Positions 1 through 10,684 of a stretch of DNA of 64,000 bases are shown in pieces. The notes under the pieces are model-generated. The model was not told the DNA's origin and ran no database searches. It was given only the letters and a program-made list of their open reading frames with translations. A program made the translations under genes and the position numbers. The stretch is from an uncultured delta proteobacterium (GTDB lineage: Bacteria; Desulfobacterota; Binatia; UBA9968), in assembly GCA_963760795.1 (NCBI GenBank), contig CAVXEP010000028.1:32001-96000 (forward strand). Direction: 5' to 3'. Within the stretch, counting starts at the first letter, position 1; each line of letters begins with the position of its first letter.

Positions 1-413
1 TTATCCTCGACGCTTTTCATCAACTGCTGGATGTCTTTCTCGCTCGCCGTCACCGTCGGCACGCCCATCATGGTGCAGTTGCCGGCGAAGATCGCCGCGA
101 AGGATTCACCGACGATCACTTTGATACCGAAGCGGTTGAGCGCTTGCGGCGCGTGCTCGCGCGACGAACCGCAGCCAAAATTCTTATTGACGAACAAGAT
201 CGACGCGCCGCTATATTCGGGGTCGTTGAAGGGATGATCTTTTTTCTTGCCGTCGCTGCTGTAGCGCTCATCGAAGAACGGATAGTCGCCCATGCGCGCG
301 AAGGTAACTTCTTTTAAATAACGCGCCGGAATGATCCGGTCGGTGTCGATTTCGTTGCCGCGCATCGGCAGCGCTGTGCCGGTGATTTTGACGATCTTGA
401 TAATCTCGCTCAT
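1..413 (-). CDS. leuD: 3-isopropylmalate dehydratase small subunit (partial, runs off window edge)
   Basis: Manual translation from ATG at 413: MSEIIKIVKITGTALPMRGNEIDTDRIIPARYL...NFGCGSSREHAP...GESFAAIF; directly downstream of leuC; missing from the ORF track. Confidence 0.95.
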   Translation of the reverse strand, partial: MSEIIKIVKITGTALPMRGNEIDTDRIIPARYLKEVTFARMGDYPFFDERYSSDGKKKDHPFNDPEYSGASILFVNKNFGCGSSREHAPQALNRFGIKVIVGESFAAIFAGNCTMMGVPTVTASEKDIQQLMKSVED

Positions 414-423
414 ATGGCCTCGC

Positions 424-1821
424 TTACTCGTACTGGCGCACGTCGACCACTTTGCCGTTGAGCGCCGCCGCCACCACCATCGCCGGACTCATCAATAGGG
501 TGCGGCCTTGCGGGCTGCCCTGGCGGCCGATGAAATTGCGGTTGGACGACGACGCGGAAACTTCCCGGCCGTTGAGCTTGTCGGGATTCATCGCCAGGCA
601 CATCGAACAGCCGGCTTCGCGCCATTGAAATCCTGCTTCTTCGAATATTTTATCCAGCCCCTCGGCCTCGGCGAGTTTTTTGACCTCCGCGGAGCCAGGT
701 ACGACCAGAGCGCGCACGTTAGGATTTACCTTACGCCCCTTGGCAATTTTTGCCGCCGCCCGAAAATCCGCAAGCCGGCCGTTGGTGCAGGAACCGATAA
801 ACGCAACGTTGACCGGCGTGCCGATAATCGGCGCACCCGGCGTCCAGCCCATATGCTCGTAGGCTTTCTTCGCGCTCTCGGGATCGCTCGACTTGTCCGG
901 CAACGGCAGTTTTTCGGAAACCCCAACCGACTGGCCCGGATTGATGCCCCAGGTCACCGTCGGCTCAATGTCTTTGCCTTGGTAATTCACGACGTCGTCG
1001 TACTTGGCGACGGCGTCGGACGCCACGGATTGCCAGTACTTCACCGCCTTGTCGAAAGCCTCGCCCTTGGGCGCGTGAGGGCGGCCTTTGAGGTAGTCGA
1101 AAGTGGTTTGATCCGGGTTGACGTAGCCGACCAAGGCGCCGCCTTCGATGCTCATGTTGCACACGGTCATGCGCTCTTCCATGTTCATCCGGTCGATAAC
1201 CGCGCCGCCGTATTCGTAGGCGAAGCCCTTGCCGCCGCTGACGCCCAATTGCCGGATGATATGTAAGATCACGTCTTTGGCATAAACGCCGGTGCCGATA
1301 GTGCCGTTGATGTTGATGCGGCGCACTTTCAATTTGTCCATCGCCAGCGTCTGAGTCGCCAAGACATCGCGCACCTGGCTGGTGCCGATGCCGAAAGCTA
1401 ATGTACCGAACGCCCCATGAGTGCTGGTATGGCTGTCGCCGCATGCCAGCGTCATGCCCGGCTGGGTGAGTCCCAGCTGCGGGCCGATAACATGGACGAT
1501 GCCTTGGTTCATGCTGTCCAGGCCGAAGAATTCCACGCCGAACTGCGCGACGTTCCTTTCCAGCGCTTGGGTGAGATCCTCCGCTTCTTTGTCAAGAAAC
1601 GGCCGCTGGCGCATGTCGGTGGGAACGATGTGATCAACGGTCGCGAAGGTGCGATCGCGAAACGCCACATCCATGCCCTTTTCCCTCAGCATATCGAACG
1701 CCGGCGCGGTGGTGATCTCATGAATTAAATGTAACCCGATAAAGAGCTGGGTTTGACCGGTCGGCAGGATACCCACCGAATGCGACTGCCAAATCTTATC
1801 GTAAAGAGTCCGTTCGGCCAT
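424..1821 (-). CDS. leuC: 3-isopropylmalate dehydratase large subunit
   Basis: [42 protein letters not shown] motifs; start placed at MAERTL after an AAGGAG RBS. Confidence 0.97.
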   Translation of the reverse strand: MAERTLYDKIWQSHSVGILPTGQTQLFIGLHLIHEITTAPAFDMLREKGMDVAFRDRTFATVDHIVPTDMRQRPFLDKEAEDLTQALERNVAQFGVEFFGLDSMNQGIVHVIGPQLGLTQPGMTLACGDSHTSTHGAFGTLAFGIGTSQVRDVLATQTLAMDKLKVRRININGTIGTGVYAKDVILHIIRQLGVSGGKGFAYEYGGAVIDRMNMEERMTVCNMSIEGGALVGYVNPDQTTFDYLKGRPHAPKGEAFDKAVKYWQSVASDAVAKYDDVVNYQGKDIEPTVTWGINPGQSVGVSEKLPLPDKSSDPESAKKAYEHMGWTPGAPIIGTPVNVAFIGSCTNGRLADFRAAAKIAKGRKVNPNVRALVVPGSAEVKKLAEAEGLDKIFEEAGFQWREAGCSMCLAMNPDKLNGREVSASSSNRNFIGRQGSPQGRTLLMSPAMVVAAALNGKVVDVRQYE

Positions 1822-1843
1822 TGAGAGATTCTCCTTCGGCGGG

Positions 1844-1872
1844 ATAATATCGGTCGGTATCTGGGACTTCAA
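1844..1872 (-). promoter_or_regulatory. sigma70-type promoter for leuCD
   Basis: Minus strand TTGAAG-N17-TATTAT, about 20 nt upstream of the leuC start. Confidence 0.55.
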
Positions 1873-2028
1873 GAGCCGTGTAGGGATGCGAGATTGAACT
1901 GCGATATTACGGTGAATTGATCATAAAAATATTCCCCGTGTTCGCAACTCGTGATCGTGCTCATCTCAAGTTAGGAACCTCCAGAAGACACGCGTGGCAA
2001 ACTAAACATTCTCAGCCAACTTCCATTT

Positions 2029-3411
2029 TTACGCACTCCTCCCATAAATCCACTTCCCCGGATTACGAGCGTAATCTTCGTACGATCCCGATGACGTAAT
2101 TCCGGGAATCTGCGGAATCCAATCTTCTCTCAACAGATCGTCGGGATCGCCGTATTTCTCAGCAAGCTTGCGCACCTCGGGATCATCAAGTGCGGTGAGT
2201 CTGCCGTTACGGATAATGGTGTATTCCTTGCCGCTCTTGGTGGTAATCGTGAAAGTTGGAAAGAGTAAGTGAATATGCAGATGGCCGTAGAGAATGCCGT
2301 TTTCGCCGGCCCACTTCTCCTCGGCTGAGCGCCACAGAGTGCCGAAACCCATATGGATCACACCGGAGCGGCGGCGCTCCCACTCGAATCCGCCGGAGGA
2401 ATGCTTTTCGATGCCGCTGGGCCGCATGATCTTCGGGTTGGTGCCGATGGCAACTTCCCAGAGGTAGAACAGGCCGGGCCGCGGAAAGCAGGGATACTTG
2501 GTGTCTCTACTTTCGTCGAGTAATGAGCGCCAAGCGTCGCCGTAGGCCGCGCCGCCGTGAACTTTCACCACCTGACCACCTTCCAGCTCAACTTTGACCT
2601 GAGGAAAGGCTTTCGAAAAATGGCTCGTCGTGCCGGCGACCACGCCGGCGGCGTCTTCCTTGGCGATGATCGGCGGCACCGGATGGCCGAACAGATGGCC
2701 GTTGCGCGGCGTCGAGGAGAAACCGTAGCGCGTGCCGTCGTAGTATTCGTCCCAGTAGGTCCAAGCGATATCCGTTCCTTCGGCGTCGGTCAGCCGCGCG
2801 CGACCGCCGCGGCCGTACTCCCAGATCGGGTCCCAGGTTTTCTTGTTGATGAGCAGATGCAAATCGAGCGGGTACGTCGTCGAACGCTGCAAGAAATGCT
2901 CGGCGCGGAGCCAGGGAATCTGCTCGTAGCGAAAGTCGCTTTGCGGAATCGGCCCGCCTTTGCCGTGAATCAACAGATCATAACCCCCGCGCAGGGCGAA
3001 GTTCTCGATGTAGGGCATGCCTTCCCAACGGCGCGGCTTGTTGTCCCACGGTTCGCGGCGCATGATTACGTCGACTTCATCTGTGTAGTCGAACACACGG
3101 TCGGGTTCGCCCATGTCGGCGACCAGCAAATCGACATGGGCACCCTTCTCGCGTAGCGCCGCCGCCACGGCGTGGGGCACGTCGAGATCGTACTCGCGGT
3201 CGATGGCGATAAGAATTTTGTTGTCGGCTTTGGTCTTGTCGTAACCGATGAAGCCGATATGGCTGTCGCGGTTTTCGCGCGAATTGGCAAGCTGCCGTGC
3301 TAACGGCATCAACGGCGAAATATCCGCCGTGCGCAGTCCCTTATTGCGCAGCTGCAATTCCCGCGGGATTGAACTACTTAACCCAACGCCGTCGTCGGCT
3401 GTGTCGCACAT
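2029..3411 (-). CDS. Uncharacterised metalloenzyme with a peptidase M29/NicX-like C-terminal region
   Basis: 460-aa ORF with GAGGAG RBS; WEVAIGTNP...RSGVIHMGFG...GHLHIH resembles the E-x-A-I-G-x-N-P...H...H pattern of that fold. Confidence 0.55.
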   Translation of the reverse strand: MCDTADDGVGLSSSIPRELQLRNKGLRTADISPLMPLARQLANSRENRDSHIGFIGYDKTKADNKILIAIDREYDLDVPHAVAAALREKGAHVDLLVADMGEPDRVFDYTDEVDVIMRREPWDNKPRRWEGMPYIENFALRGGYDLLIHGKGGPIPQSDFRYEQIPWLRAEHFLQRSTTYPLDLHLLINKKTWDPIWEYGRGGRARLTDAEGTDIAWTYWDEYYDGTRYGFSSTPRNGHLFGHPVPPIIAKEDAAGVVAGTTSHFSKAFPQVKVELEGGQVVKVHGGAAYGDAWRSLLDESRDTKYPCFPRPGLFYLWEVAIGTNPKIMRPSGIEKHSSGGFEWERRRSGVIHMGFGTLWRSAEEKWAGENGILYGHLHIHLLFPTFTITTKSGKEYTIIRNGRLTALDDPEVRKLAEKYGDPDDLLREDWIPQIPGITSSGSYEDYARNPGKWIYGRSA

Positions 3412-3435
3412 AGAAGCTCCTCAGTCTTGGCAGGT

Positions 3436-3515
3436 TGGATGTTGGAGTAAGGGAGTGATGGAGCGACGGTTTTCGGAGGGTCCCGGACCCAACACTCCAC
3501 TACTCCATCGCTCCA
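3436..3515. repeat. Imperfect inverted repeat built from TGGAGYRN octamers
   Basis: tggagtaa gggagtga tggagcga ... caacactcca ctactcca tcgctcca; intergenic. Confidence 0.75.
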
Positions 3516-3522
3516 TTTCTTC

Positions 3523-4434
3523 TTACATGCAATTTTTCTTCACCCACTCGACAATCTCACACCGTTTGGCGAACCACAGATCGGGATATGACTTGGCGTA
3601 TTTGATGCAGTCGTCATAGACTTTTCCCGTGGCAGGAAACGCCATCTGGCAGTGCATCGCCAAGGTCAACATCTTCGGATCCGTCGCGGACTCCTCATAA
3701 AGCAGATCGAACTCGTCTTTGAACGAATTGAAAACATCTCTCGCCGTGATGCCGCGCCGGTACATGCCGGTATCGTTCAAGCCACTGACAGCGTTTTTAT
3801 ACGGCACGATGATCATGGTTTTACCGTTGACGACAGCGGGATAGGGATTGTCGTCGTTGACCGCGTCACCATGCCAGGCGAAACCCTCTTCGGCGAGGAT
3901 GCCCAGCGTACGCTCGGTGTGACGCATGCCGGAGGTCAGCCAACCGGTGGGTCGCACGCCGGTAAAGTCCTCAAACATCTTGGCGCAGGTGCGGATCTCG
4001 TCGCGCTCTCCTTCCGCCGTCAGTTGTGTGAGTTGAATGTCTTCGGCGTAGGAATGGCCGACGATCTCATGGCCGCGCTCATGCACGGCTTTTACCGCTT
4101 CGGGATAGCGATGAATGCAAAGTGCATTGGTGTTGAACGACGCTTTGACGCCGTACTTGTCGAGGATGCGGAGAATCCGCCACACGCCGGTCCGGCCACC
4201 GTAGTCGTTTTCACTCGCCGTTCGGCAGTCGTACTGGGAGACCACGTCGTCTTCCTTGATCGGATTGGAGCCGCCGACATGGTGCGTGCGCCGGTGCTTG
4301 GCATTGGGGATCTCGGTCCACGCTTCCAAATTTCCCGCCAGCGCGATCGCCAGGCGCGCGCCATTGGGCCATTTGATCTTGAGCTTTTTTGCCTTGGAAT
4401 AAGCATCGTAAAAATTGTCATGCTCGGGCATCAT
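3523..4434 (-). CDS. Polysaccharide deacetylase family protein (PuuE/allantoinase-like)
   Basis: WPNGARLA, YGGRTGVWRIL, GHEIVGHSY, MLTLAMH motifs; AGGAGG RBS before ATG at 4434. Confidence 0.85.
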   Translation of the reverse strand: MMPEHDNFYDAYSKAKKLKIKWPNGARLAIALAGNLEAWTEIPNAKHRRTHHVGGSNPIKEDDVVSQYDCRTASENDYGGRTGVWRILRILDKYGVKASFNTNALCIHRYPEAVKAVHERGHEIVGHSYAEDIQLTQLTAEGERDEIRTCAKMFEDFTGVRPTGWLTSGMRHTERTLGILAEEGFAWHGDAVNDDNPYPAVVNGKTMIIVPYKNAVSGLNDTGMYRRGITARDVFNSFKDEFDLLYEESATDPKMLTLAMHCQMAFPATGKVYDDCIKYAKSYPDLWFAKRCEIVEWVKKNCM

Positions 4435-4546
4435 GGTCTGGCCACCTCCTCTAAGAGCGAACAAAATTGCACCGTTTGGGTATAAGTAAATCGACCTGGT
4501 GTGTCAATGCAAACCCACGCGCGCAGAGGACTGAATGAGGCACCGA

Positions 4547-5287
4547 TTAAGTCGGATCGTATTTGACCTGCACCAAATATAACCCCACCGGCGGCGCGGT
4601 GTAACCAGCCTGGGTACGGTCGCGTGCATCGAGCAGTTCGGCGAACGATTCGGCGGTGCGGATGCCACGGCCCACCTCGGCCAGCGTGCCAACGATGTTG
4701 CGCACCATATGGCGCAAGAATGCCGTGCCTTCGATGCGATACACCAGCAACTCGCCGCGCTGTACGAGATCCGTTTGATAAATGGTTCGCACCGGATGTG
4801 GCGCGTCGCAATTAGCGGCGCGAAACGACGAGAAATCATGCTCGCCGACCAAGCATTCGATAGCTTTGGTCATCGCTTCGACATCCAGCGGCTCATGGAT
4901 ATGCCAGGCGCGATTGTGGTGGAACGGCGATGGTGTTGAGCGGTTGAGAATCAGATATTCGTAAAGCCGGCTTCTGCCATCGCGCCGGGCGTCGAAGCAA
5001 TCATCGACGATTTCGACATCCTTCACAGTGACATCTCTCGGCGTTAGCGCATTGAGACCGCGCAGAATCCGGTATGGCAGGCATTCTTTATCGGTGAAAA
5101 AATTGGCCACCTGGCCAAGAGCGTGGACGCCGGCATCGGTGCGGCCTGAGCCGTTGATATGGGTGGGCACACCGAGAAAGGTCGAAACCGCTTTCTCTAA
5201 AACCGCTTGAATGGACGAGTAATTCCCCTGCACCTGCCAACCATGATAGTTGGTGCCATCATATTCGACGGTAAGTTTGACGTTCAC
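4547..5287 (-). CDS. truA: tRNA pseudouridine(38-40) synthase
   Basis: EYDGTNYHGWQ, GSGRTDAGVHALGQ, FLRHMVRNIVG; GTG start at 5287. Confidence 0.96.
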   Translation of the reverse strand: MNVKLTVEYDGTNYHGWQVQGNYSSIQAVLEKAVSTFLGVPTHINGSGRTDAGVHALGQVANFFTDKECLPYRILRGLNALTPRDVTVKDVEIVDDCFDARRDGRSRLYEYLILNRSTPSPFHHNRAWHIHEPLDVEAMTKAIECLVGEHDFSSFRAANCDAPHPVRTIYQTDLVQRGELLVYRIEGTAFLRHMVRNIVGTLAEVGRGIRTAESFAELLDARDRTQAGYTAPPVGLYLVQVKYDPT

Positions 5288-5296
5288 GGCAGAGTG

Positions 5297-5352
5297 GTTC
5301 CGGGTTTCGCGTTTCGAGTTGCGGGCTCGATAATACAATCACCCCGCGACTC
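5297..5352. repeat. Heptamer tandem repeat (GTTTCGN-like) with a partial inverted arm
   Basis: gttccgg gtttcgc gtttcga gttgcgg gctcga ... ccccgcgactcg between asd and truA. Confidence 0.55.
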
Positions 5353-5371
5353 GTCCAGCGCCGATGAAGGT

Positions 5372-6394
5372 TTATAAATAATCGCGGATCAGGATCTCGG
5401 CGATCTGCACGGCGTTGAGCGCCGCGCCCTTGCGCAGATTATCCGACACCACCCAAAGATTGAGGCCGTTGGCGACCGACTTGTCTTCGCGAATCCGGCC
5501 GACATAGGTAGCGTCTTTACCGGCGGCGTCGATGGCCATTGGATAAAGATTGTTCTCCGGCTCATCAGCGACGATGATGCCGGGCGCTTCGCGCAGAATC
5601 CGCCGGGCCTCGTTGGCCGACAGCTTGACGTAGGTTTCGACATTCACCGATTCCGAGTGACTGCAAAACACCGGCACCCGCACCGTGGTCGCGGTGACCG
5701 GCAAGTTCGGCTCGCCGAGGATCTTGCGCGTCTCCTCGATCATCTTCCACTCTTCCTTGGTGTAGCCGTCAGTCATGAAGACATCGATATGCGGAATGCA
5801 ATTGAAGGCGATCTGATGCGGAAACTTGACCTTTTCGATTTCCTTGCCGTTGAACAGCGCCGCTACCTGCTGGCTCAATTCCTCCATCGCTTTGCGACCG
5901 GCGCCGGAAACCGACTGATAGGTGGAAACCACAACGCGTTTGATCCGCGCGGTGTCATGAATCGGTTTGAGGGCGACGACCATTTGAATCGTCGAACAAT
6001 TGGGATTGGCGACGATACCGCGGGTTTTGTAATTGGCGATCGCTTTGGAATTGACCTCTGGAACCACCAAAGGAATATCCGGCTCCAGGCGAAACACCGA
6101 AGTGTTGTCGATCACCACCGCGCCCGCCGCCACCGCCAGTGGCGCGAACTCCGTGCTGACGCTACCGCCGGCAGAGAACAGGCCGATGTCGATGTCTTTA
6201 AACGAATCGGCCTTCAGCACCTGGACCGGCAACTGCCGGCTTTGAAACGGCAGGAACTGGCCAACCGATCGCTCCGAGGCTAACAACCGCAACTCGCCCA
6301 CCGGGAATTGGCGTTCATCGAGCACTTCGCGCATCTGCTCGCCGACGGCGCCGGTGGCGCCAACGATCGCGACGTTGTACTTTTCCTTCTTCAC
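5372..6394 (-). CDS. asd: Aspartate-semialdehyde dehydrogenase
   Basis: VAIVGATGAVG, ANPNCSTIQ, STYQSVSGAG, DNLRKGAALNAVQIAE. Confidence 0.97.
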   Translation of the reverse strand: MKKEKYNVAIVGATGAVGEQMREVLDERQFPVGELRLLASERSVGQFLPFQSRQLPVQVLKADSFKDIDIGLFSAGGSVSTEFAPLAVAAGAVVIDNTSVFRLEPDIPLVVPEVNSKAIANYKTRGIVANPNCSTIQMVVALKPIHDTARIKRVVVSTYQSVSGAGRKAMEELSQQVAALFNGKEIEKVKFPHQIAFNCIPHIDVFMTDGYTKEEWKMIEETRKILGEPNLPVTATTVRVPVFCSHSESVNVETYVKLSANEARRILREAPGIIVADEPENNLYPMAIDAAGKDATYVGRIREDKSVANGLNLWVVSDNLRKGAALNAVQIAEILIRDYL

Positions 6395-6400
6395 AAAAAC

Positions 6401-7495
6401 CTATCCCTTCGCTGCCGCGATCTTGTCGCGCACCAACTGGCCCATCTGCTTGCAGCCCAACAGCTTGCAACCGGGCTCTTGAATATCCGCCGTGCGGTAG
6501 CCTTCGTCGAGAACATCTTCGACCGCCTTTTCGATACGGTCCGCCGCCGAGCCCTGGTCAAACGAGTAACGCAACATCATCGCGACGCTGAGTATCGTCG
6601 CCAGCGGATTAGCTTTGTCCTGGCCCATAATATCTGGGGCGCTGCCATGCACCGGTTCGTACATGCCGACTTTCCCGCCAAGGCTTGCTGACGGCAGCAT
6701 GCCGATGGAGCCGGTGAGCATCGCCGCCTCGTCGCTTAAAATATCGCCGAACATATTGGTCGTCACGACGACATCGAACTGCCGGGGATTGCGGATCAAT
6801 TGCATGGCGCAGTTGTCGACCAGGATATGTTCCAACTCGATACCGGCGTAGCCCTCCTCTTTTTTGTGAATGCGCGTCACCACCTTGCGCCATAGTTCGG
6901 TGACCTCGAGAACATTGGCCTTGTCGACCGACGTCACTTTCTTGCGCCGCTTGAGCGCCGCCTGAAACGCCACATGGGCGATGCGTTCGATCTCCGGCGT
7001 GGTGTAGACTTCAGTGTTGACACCGCGCTCGGTGCCGTCGGGAAGCATCGTCACGCCCTTGGGTTCGCCAAAATAAATCCCGCCGGTGAGCTCGCGCACC
7101 ACCAGCATATCAGTACCCTCGACCACCTCCCGCTTGAGCGTCGACGCCGAGGCCAGCGCCGAAAATAATTTAACCGGGCGTAAATTGGCGAATAGGCCCA
7201 ACTCTAGGCGTAACGCTAAGAGCGCGCGCTCGGGCCGGATCGCATAGTCGAGACCATCCCACTTAGGGCCGCCCATGGCGCCGAGCAAAACCGCATCGCT
7301 CTGCTTGGCGAGATTCAACACCGCATCGGTGAGCGGCTTGCCGTGGGCGTCGATGGATGCGCCGCCGACGATGCCGGGCTCCAGTGAAACGGTGAAGCCG
7401 TAAAGCTGCGCTACCTGTTTGAGCACCTGCGTGCCTTCGCCCATCACTTCAGGGCCGATGCCGTCTCCGGGTAAAACCGCGATGTTGTAGTTCAT
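6401..7495 (-). CDS. leuB: 3-isopropylmalate dehydrogenase
   Basis: [41 protein letters not shown]. Confidence 0.97.
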   Translation of the reverse strand: MNYNIAVLPGDGIGPEVMGEGTQVLKQVAQLYGFTVSLEPGIVGGASIDAHGKPLTDAVLNLAKQSDAVLLGAMGGPKWDGLDYAIRPERALLALRLELGLFANLRPVKLFSALASASTLKREVVEGTDMLVVRELTGGIYFGEPKGVTMLPDGTERGVNTEVYTTPEIERIAHVAFQAALKRRKKVTSVDKANVLEVTELWRKVVTRIHKKEEGYAGIELEHILVDNCAMQLIRNPRQFDVVVTTNMFGDILSDEAAMLTGSIGMLPSASLGGKVGMYEPVHGSAPDIMGQDKANPLATILSVAMMLRYSFDQGSAADRIEKAVEDVLDEGYRTADIQEPGCKLLGCKQMGQLVRDKIAAAKG

Positions 7496-9057
7496 GGTCC
7501 CTCTTTTTCCACCACCTGCCGATAGCGTTTACGTTCTTCCAATTTATTGAGCGCGTTGATATACGCTAGCGCGCTCGCCATGATGATGTCGGTGTGCGAG
7601 CCCTGGCCCGAGACGCGGATGCCGGCGTCTTCGATCAAGCAGGCGACTTCTCCCTGCGCATCCGTGCCGCCGGTAAGCGCATTGACCGAGTAGCGCACCA
7701 GCTGCGACTGCGAATCGGTTATTTTGGTGATCACCTTGTAACAGGCATCGACCACGCCGTCGCCCGAGGCATGGTCCATCTTTTCCCCATCGGCGACGCG
7801 CATCTTGACGGTCGCCGTCGGCACCCCGTCGGTGCTCGAGTTGACGTTCATGTAGAGCAGCTCGAACTTATCCGGCCGCCCCGGCATGCGCAGAACTTCC
7901 TCGGCAACGACGGCTTCAATATCCTCGTCGTAAACGTTTTTCTTCTTGTCAGCCAATTCTTTGAAGCGCACGAAGGCGCGGTTCATATCTTCCTTGCTCA
8001 AGTTGAACCCCAGATGCTTCAACCGCTCATCGAAGGCATGGCGGCCGGAATGTTTGCCCATGACCAGTTTATTCCCCGGAATGCCGATGGACTCCGGCGT
8101 CATGATCTCGTAGGTCTGTTTATGCTTGAGCACGCCGTCTTGATGAATGCCGGCCTCATGTGCGAAGGCGTTGTCGCCGACGATCGGTTTGTTGATCGGG
8201 ATCGCGATCCCGGTCACCTGCGACAGCAAACGCGAGCTCGGAAAAAGCTGCTCACTGTGAATGTTGGTGTCGAGGTTGAGATAATTCTTGCGCGTGCGCA
8301 GCGCCATGACCACTTCCTCGAGAGAAGTATTACCGGCGCGCTCGCCAATGCCGTTAATTGTGCACTCGATCTGGCGCGCTCCGTTGTGCACCGCTGCCAG
8401 GGAATTGGCCACCGCCAGGCCCAGATCGTTGTGGCAGTGGGCGCTCCAGATCACCCGATCGCCGCCGGCGGTACGCTCGATCAAATTGGCGATCAGTGCG
8501 CCGAATTCTGATGGAATCGCGTAGCCGGTGGTATCCGGGACATTGAGAGTCTTGGCACCGGCGCGGATCACCTCACGGAAAATCTGCAGCAAAAACTCGG
8601 GGTCGCTGCGCGAAGCGTCCTCAGCCGAGAACTCGACATAATCGGTAAACTGCTTGGCGTAGCTAACCGCTTTGACCGCTGCTTCAACCACCTGTTCACG
8701 CGTCATGCGCAGTTTGTGCTTGAGATGAATATCCGAGGTCGCGATGAAAGTATGAATCCCCGGCTTCTTGGCGCCCTCCACCGCCTTCAGGGCGCGGTTA
8801 ATATCGCCCTCCTGGGCACGCGCCAAACTCACCACCCGCGGCTGGCTGACCTCTTGCGCGACTCGCCGCACTGACTCGAAGTCGCCATCCGACGATGCCG
8901 CGAAACCCGCTTCGATGACATCGACGCCGAGCTTCTCCAACTGGCGCGCGATCACGACCTTTTGCTCCACCGTCATGCTCGCCCCCGGCGATTGCTCGCC
9001 GTCGCGGAGCGTCGTATCGAAAATTTGTACTACGTTATCGTTGGCCATCTGATCCAT
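7492..9057 (-). CDS. leuA: 2-isopropylmalate synthase
   Basis: [40 protein letters not shown]; C-terminal regulatory domain present. Confidence 0.96.
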   Translation of the reverse strand: MDQMANDNVVQIFDTTLRDGEQSPGASMTVEQKVVIARQLEKLGVDVIEAGFAASSDGDFESVRRVAQEVSQPRVVSLARAQEGDINRALKAVEGAKKPGIHTFIATSDIHLKHKLRMTREQVVEAAVKAVSYAKQFTDYVEFSAEDASRSDPEFLLQIFREVIRAGAKTLNVPDTTGYAIPSEFGALIANLIERTAGGDRVIWSAHCHNDLGLAVANSLAAVHNGARQIECTINGIGERAGNTSLEEVVMALRTRKNYLNLDTNIHSEQLFPSSRLLSQVTGIAIPINKPIVGDNAFAHEAGIHQDGVLKHKQTYEIMTPESIGIPGNKLVMGKHSGRHAFDERLKHLGFNLSKEDMNRAFVRFKELADKKKNVYDEDIEAVVAEEVLRMPGRPDKFELLYMNVNSSTDGVPTATVKMRVADGEKMDHASGDGVVDACYKVITKITDSQSQLVRYSVNALTGGTDAQGEVACLIEDAGIRVSGQGSHTDIIMASALAYINALNKLEERKRYRQVVEKEGP

Positions 9058-9096
9058 TTAAATGTCTCCTCTACCGTTGTCCGCCAGCCCACCCCG

Positions 9097-9132
9097 AAAA
9101 GAAAACTCCCGCGGCAGGGCCAACGGGAGTTT
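9097..9132 (-). terminator. Intrinsic terminator-like hairpin between pssA and leuA
   Basis: Minus strand AAACTCCCG-(12 nt)-CGGGAGTTT followed by TCTTTT. Confidence 0.65.
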
Positions 9133-9158
9133 ATTTCGCCTTTACTCGAGCCGGAAAA

Positions 9159-10019
9159 TTATGGCAACGCTTGCGCCGTCTGCCGTCTCGACTCCCGTCG
9201 TTGCTTAAGCTTGGTTAAGCACCATAACAAGGGCCCGGATAATGTGTACAGTAAGACAATCGCAAAAAACATAATATGCCGTTGGGCAATAATCAGTGTA
9301 ATCAAAATCACGCCGGAAAGAAACATCCATTCCGGGTGCCGTTTCCTCATGTCATTATTTTTCAAACTGAAGTACGGAATATTGCTAACCATCAGAATCG
9401 CCAAACCGTAAATCACCAGAAGAAACGTCAAGTGGCGCGTCGGCGCCCCCTCGAAACCCATATAGTAATACAATATCACCGACGCGGTAATCATCTGCGC
9501 CGCGGCGGGAATCGGCAGACCGACGAAATGATTCTTCGCCGGTCCTTGGGCCTGGACATTGAAACGCGATAGCCGCGCCGCACCACACACCACATAAGTA
9601 GCCGCCGCCAGCCAACCCCAGTTCTGCCAAGGCATAAGAGCCCAGATATAAACCAAAACCGCTGGCGCGACGCCGAAAGCAACCACATCAGCCAAGGAAT
9701 CGAACTCGACGCCGAACTGGCTGGTAGTCCGAGTCAACCTGGCGACATACCCGTCCACGCCATCGAACACGTTGGCGAGCAGAATCAGTAAAGCCGCGTT
9801 GACATACTCGCCGCGAAAGGTCGCGATGATCGAAAAAAATCCGCACATCAAATTGCCGGCGGTAAACAGACTGGGAATCAGATAAACGCCCTTGCGCAAT
9901 TTCTCCGCCGGCATTCTTTGGCGCAAGGTCATGCGGGGTCGCTCACGCCGACGGCGCAGCAACCGCACGTTATGTTTCTCCTCCGGCCGCTCGGGGTCTG
10001 GAGCATTCATCGCGCTCAT
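9159..10019 (-). CDS. pssA: CDP-diacylglycerol--serine O-phosphatidyltransferase
   Basis: DGVDGYVAR...S.FGVEFDSLADVVAFG CDP-alcohol phosphatidyltransferase motif; adjacent to psd. Confidence 0.95.
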   Translation of the reverse strand: MSAMNAPDPERPEEKHNVRLLRRRRERPRMTLRQRMPAEKLRKGVYLIPSLFTAGNLMCGFFSIIATFRGEYVNAALLILLANVFDGVDGYVARLTRTTSQFGVEFDSLADVVAFGVAPAVLVYIWALMPWQNWGWLAAATYVVCGAARLSRFNVQAQGPAKNHFVGLPIPAAAQMITASVILYYYMGFEGAPTRHLTFLLVIYGLAILMVSNIPYFSLKNNDMRKRHPEWMFLSGVILITLIIAQRHIMFFAIVLLYTLSGPLLWCLTKLKQRRESRRQTAQALP

Positions 10020-10672
10020 AGAAACCTCCCGATAATGGTCTCCCCGCCTTTAACACGCTGCCCCTCCGCCGCTTCGATACGACACCCATGAGGCAAATAT
10101 ATATCGATACGCGAGCCGAACATGATCAAACCGAAACGTTCGCCACGGTCCAACATATCGCCGGCTTTCGAGCGGCACACAATGCGCCTGGCGACTGCAC
10201 CGGCGATTTGCACCACACCCCAATTGCGCTCCCGTTCGTCGACCAGATGCAGCGCGTTCTGCTCGTTGACGCGCGAGGCGTCTTCCTTAAAGGCCGGGAG
10301 AAATTTGCCGGTTTGATAGCGCACGTCGTTAACCCTGCCGGCCACCGGCGCGCGATTGATATGAACGTCGAGGGGCGACAGAAAGATGCTGATACGCGTC
10401 ACCGCGTCGGCGAACAAGCCATCGCCATGGACCGGCGCGATGGTGACAACCCGGCCGTCGGCGGGCGAAACCACCAAGCCGTCGCCGGTGGGGATCTCGC
10501 GTTCCGGATCGCGAAAAAATGCCGCGATCCCCAGCGTTAGCAGCGCCAATGCAATACCAGCCATCTGCCAGCGCAACAAGAACGCTAGCAACGTCAGCGC
10601 TGCCGCCGACAAAATCAACGGCCAACCTTCCTTGGCGATTGGCATCGTGCGTGGCCTAGAGCTTTCCCCCAT
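10016..10672 (-). CDS. psd: Phosphatidylserine decarboxylase
   Basis: FFRDPER, SPADG, SIFLSPLDVHINRAP, FGSR autocleavage motif. Confidence 0.95.
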   Translation of the reverse strand: MGESSRPRTMPIAKEGWPLILSAAALTLLAFLLRWQMAGIALALLTLGIAAFFRDPEREIPTGDGLVVSPADGRVVTIAPVHGDGLFADAVTRISIFLSPLDVHINRAPVAGRVNDVRYQTGKFLPAFKEDASRVNEQNALHLVDERERNWGVVQIAGAVARRIVCRSKAGDMLDRGERFGLIMFGSRIDIYLPHGCRIEAAEGQRVKGGETIIGRFL

Positions 10673-10684
10673 CAGATCAATCGC

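Noticed and set aside
1870-2028. Leucine attenuator leader peptide upstream of leuC
   Set aside because: The short ORFs there are not Leu/Ile/Val-rich, no terminator is present, and a promoter candidate lies downstream of them.
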